Origin: Candidatus Methanomethylophilaceae archaeon
GTDB taxonomy: Archaea; Thermoplasmatota; Thermoplasmata; Methanomassiliicoccales; Methanomethylophilaceae
Direction of reading: 5' to 3'
NCBI GenBank assembly: GCA_051887655.1
Contig: JBJEZZ010000002.1
Span: forward strand, 12,138 to 76,137
DNA length: 64,000 nucleotides
Positions 61,381-64,000 of the stretch are shown here, piece after piece. Each line of letters opens with the position of its first letter. The first letter of the stretch is position 1. The notes beneath the pieces are model-generated. The model saw only the letters and a list, made by a program, of their open reading frames with translations, had not been told where the DNA came from and searched no databases. Made by a program: the position numbers and the translations under genes.

Positions 61381-62415
61381 TCACTGAACGTAGTACAGAT
61401 CGTCCTCTATGCGGACCACCTGGACGGTCTCCCCGATCTCCGCACCCTCGGGGATGCGGAGGTCCACCGTCGAATAATCGGTCGGGTGCATGACCTGTAT
61501 CTCCGTACCGGATGCCGTGAGTACGACAGCCTCCCTGCGGTCGGACACCTTGGCGAGGATCCTCATGGATTGGATCTCGTTCTTCCTCGCGGTGGTATCG
61601 CGGTAATCGCCCAGGGACGTGAGACGTCCGCCGGTCCTGTTCAGTCCCGCCAGGAGATACGGTCTACCGTTCATCTCGAGGACGTCCCCGACATGGTACG
61701 CGGGGAGCCTGACGAGATAGGTCATGCGGTACATCTCCTGTCCGTCCGATGTCATGCCCACCAGCGATGCGGATTCCTTGGATTCCGCGCCGTACGCATC
61801 CACGAGGTCCTTCGCGAGCGAACGTGCCAGCGATATGGATGACAGCTGGATGTCCACGCCTCCCGCGACCTCCTGTACCTTGGTGATGAACAGTCCGCGG
61901 TTGGTCCTGGACTGCGTCTCCACGGAATCGCGGACCCTCCTGACGGTCTCGTCCCTGAGCTCGTCGGTGAGCCCCTTCTCCCCGGAACGGATCTGGAGGG
62001 TGGCCTCGTAGTAGTTCCCGAGCTGTCTGGAACATTTCTTGCAGACGGTGTTCTTCAGCCTCACGAGGACCTTCTCCTCGGCCTCCGTGATGACACCGTT
62101 CACGCCCACGTCCGCCTTGACGGTGACCTGGAAGGTGCGCTCGTCCTGCATGTCCTGGATCGTGCCCACGGCGATCAGTTCGGCGCCGTCGATGAGCGAG
62201 AGCGCGGATATGGCGGCCTCCTCGACCGCATCGCAGAGTTCCATCCCGATCCAGCGGTCGCGGATCTCGTACTCCTCGCAGTTGGTGCACCTGTGCAGAT
62301 CGACGTGATGCGGGAGCTTCATGAGCGGTCTGTCGCCCAGGAAGCATTCCATGCAGAGACCGTTGATGGTGTCGTCGCAGTCCTTCCCGCATTTGACGCA
62401 GAATCCGGTCATCAT
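61381..62415 (-). CDS. nmd3: NMD3-family protein (archaeal 60S-export factor homologue)
   Basis: Start MMTGFCVKCGK...CMEC...CTNCEEY...CKKCSRQ zinc clusters. ATGA overlap with the DUF424 stop. Confidence 0.85.
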   Translation of the reverse strand: MMTGFCVKCGKDCDDTINGLCMECFLGDRPLMKLPHHVDLHRCTNCEEYEIRDRWIGMELCDAVEEAAISALSLIDGAELIAVGTIQDMQDERTFQVTVKADVGVNGVITEAEEKVLVRLKNTVCKKCSRQLGNYYEATLQIRSGEKGLTDELRDETVRRVRDSVETQSRTNRGLFITKVQEVAGGVDIQLSSISLARSLAKDLVDAYGAESKESASLVGMTSDGQEMYRMTYLVRLPAYHVGDVLEMNGRPYLLAGLNRTGGRLTSLGDYRDTTARKNEIQSMRILAKVSDRREAVVLTASGTEIQVMHPTDYSTVDLRIPEGAEIGETVQVVRIEDDLYYVQ

Positions 62416-62705
62416 CTCACTACCTGGGCGTGCACCACGCCGCCGATGGTGACCGTGCACCCGTCGTTGACGTAGCCCTCGGCTGCAGCGATGGAGACGG
62501 TGCGCTCCCCCACGAGGTTCATGATGTCGTGTTCGCCCATGATCTCCGCGAGACGCTCGTCCTCTATGACGTCGCCCTTGTAGAAGGACTCGTGGACCCT
62601 GAGACGGAGCTTGCCCTCGGAGAAGGAACCTCCGACGAGCTCCTCGTCGCACGCGGCCAAAACCGTCCTTCCGTCCGATCCCCTGTGTATCTTGATGCAG
62701 ATCAT
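62412..62705 (-). CDS. DUF424-family archaeal protein (97 aa)
   Basis: Start at MICIKIHRGSDGRTVLAACDEELVG...FYKG, the family N-terminal pattern. Starts 2 nt after the MCM stop. Confidence 0.75.
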   Translation of the reverse strand: MICIKIHRGSDGRTVLAACDEELVGGSFSEGKLRLRVHESFYKGDVIEDERLAEIMGEHDIMNLVGERTVSIAAAEGYVNDGCTVTIGGVVHAQVVR

Positions 62706-62706
62706 T

Positions 62707-64000
62707 TCAATTCCCCGACTCCAGAAGCCTGTACACACCGTGGCTGAAGACTATGTCCATGTTGTCCCTGAGCATCTCGACGACGGTCTCCACGGTATTG
62801 GCCGGTATGCCCTCGTTGGCACATACCTGTTTGAGCTGATCCAGGGATATACCGCCGACAGCGTTCTTGATCTCGTCGTAGATGAGTTCGCGCGAGCGTT
62901 TGCGCTCGCTGTTGGTGAACGAACCTCCCGCCAGGTCGATGTCGTAACCCTTGCCGGTGCTGGCGATCTTCGTGAGATAGTAATTCACGAGTTCGATCGA
63001 ACGGACCGCATCCTCCTTGGTCACGGTGTTGCGCAGATGCATCTTGGCGGACGCCTCCGCGAGACGGATGTATGCCTCGAGCTGCCTCGCCGTGATCGGG
63101 ATGGACCCGTCCTTGGAACTGAGTCTGATGTTCAGATAATCGTCCCTTATGAGGTCGTACGCCTCCTGGGTCATGACCGGGACGTAGTTCTTCTTGGCAT
63201 ACGCCACATATTTTCTCAAGATGTCCACCGAATACGGCGGCTTGATGTTGCTCGTGTGATCCAATATCCCGTCTATGTCCACGCCCTCCACCGGGACCTT
63301 CTGCACACGGGCCTGACCGCGCAGATGTCCGTCCAGGATGTGGGTGGCGATGTTCCTGTCCAGTTTGGCATCCGGTTTGTCGGTGAGCACGAACATGAGG
63401 TCGAAACGCGACATGAGCGCCGGGGGCAGGTTGATCTGATCCGCGATCTTGAGGTCCGTGTCGAAGCGTCCGAGCTTGGGGTTCGCCGCCGCGAGCATGG
63501 AGCACCTGCATTGAAGGGTGGCGGTTATACCTGCCTTCGCCACGGATATCCTCTGGGATTCCATCGCCTCGTGGAGGGACGACCTGTCGTACTCGGTCAT
63601 CTTATCCAACTCGTCGATGCATGCCAATCCCTTGTCCGCGAGGACCAACGCTCCGGCCTCGAGCGTCCATCTGCCGTCCCCGAAATCGTCCTTGACGGCC
63701 GCGGCGGTGTTGTGTATGATGAATCCGGAACCGAGGAAGCTGTGCGCGGGATCGACGGTCAGGTCGTAGACGTATTCCGGGAGGTCCTTGGTGAGGACCT
63801 CCACGGACTGCAGCATCATGAGACGTCCGTTTCCCTTCATGACGGTGACGAAATCGCCTTCCGCCAGCACGGATGCCTCCGTCCAATCGAACCTGGCGTC
63901 CTTCATGGCCTGTATCTTGGTCTCCGGCGTCAGGATCAGGACGTCGCCGCCGACGGTCGTCAGTTTGATCAGCCTGTCGGGTGTGGCGATCCTCCACACG
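62707..64000 (-). CDS. mcm: MCM replicative helicase, C-terminal portion, interrupted by an intein (gene continues beyond window end)
   Basis: After the splice junction: TAAAVKDDFGDGRWTLEAGALVLADKGLACIDELDKM (Walker B), SVAKAGI, AAANP sensor 1, SRFDL arginine finger, C-terminal winged helix. Confidence 0.93.
   Translation of the reverse strand, partial: VWRIATPDRLIKLTTVGGDVLILTPETKIQAMKDARFDWTEASVLAEGDFVTVMKGNGRLMMLQSVEVLTKDLPEYVYDLTVDPAHSFLGSGFIIHNTAAAVKDDFGDGRWTLEAGALVLADKGLACIDELDKMTEYDRSSLHEAMESQRISVAKAGITATLQCRCSMLAAANPKLGRFDTDLKIADQINLPPALMSRFDLMFVLTDKPDAKLDRNIATHILDGHLRGQARVQKVPVEGVDIDGILDHTSNIKPPYSVDILRKYVAYAKKNYVPVMTQEAYDLIRDDYLNIRLSSKDGSIPITARQLEAYIRLAEASAKMHLRNTVTKEDAVRSIELVNYYLTKIASTGKGYDIDLAGGSFTNSERKRSRELIYDEIKNAVGGISLDQLKQVCANEGIPANTVETVVEMLRDNMDIVFSHGVYRLLESGN
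63709..64000 (-). mobile_element. intein (C-terminal 97 residues visible) inside MCM
   Basis: Block F/G signature VYDLTVDPAHSFLGSGFIIHN followed by +1 Thr (AAC 63711-63709, ACC 63708-63706). Upstream is Hint-like LIKLTTVGGDVLILTPETKI...WTEASVLAEGDFV. Confidence 0.8.

Overview
GC-rich archaeal chromosome segment, gene-dense and mostly housekeeping. The lineage looks like Thermoplasmata, plausibly Methanomassiliicoccales-like. This is an inference from an unsplit rpoB in the rpoH-rpoB-rpoA1 order, a bacterial-type gyrAB, an HdrD/GlpC-like CCG-domain protein, many leaderless genes with AT-rich boxes 20-35 nt upstream, and TGA-dominated stop codons with no TAG stops. Main contents, left to right: RNA polymerase operon, tRNA-Lys, CDC48, Elp3, a thioredoxin reductase/tandem-thioredoxin operon, and a full pstS-pstCA-pstB-phoU operon with a divergent AbrB-PhoU regulator. 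Next come aTrm56, tRNA-Asn and tRNA-Met, and an accessory-looking stretch (orphan DUF5131/Gp37-Gp68 protein, EamA transporter, surface LTD-PLD protein, copZ-copA). These are followed by cysteine desulfurase, an HdrD-like protein with an odd C-terminal extension, Lhr-core helicase, FAH hydrolase and RlmE. A 453-nt non-coding hairpin-rich region precedes a BspA-type LRR surface protein that is translationally coupled to an ABC-2 exporter whose ATPase carries Sel1 repeats. The remainder holds purM, tRNA-Phe, gyrAB, thiC, a NikR-like gene, tRNA-Thr, an nfo/ogg repair pair beside a giant (about 1790 aa) Lhr helicase, class I fumarase subunits, a GT-C membrane protein with an unknown partner, NMD3, DUF424, and an MCM gene carrying an intein that runs off the window end. 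I found no rRNA, CRISPR array, transposase or integrase. All calls rest on reading the supplied translations and the sequence by eye; no database search or folding program was run, so family names are motif-based recognitions.
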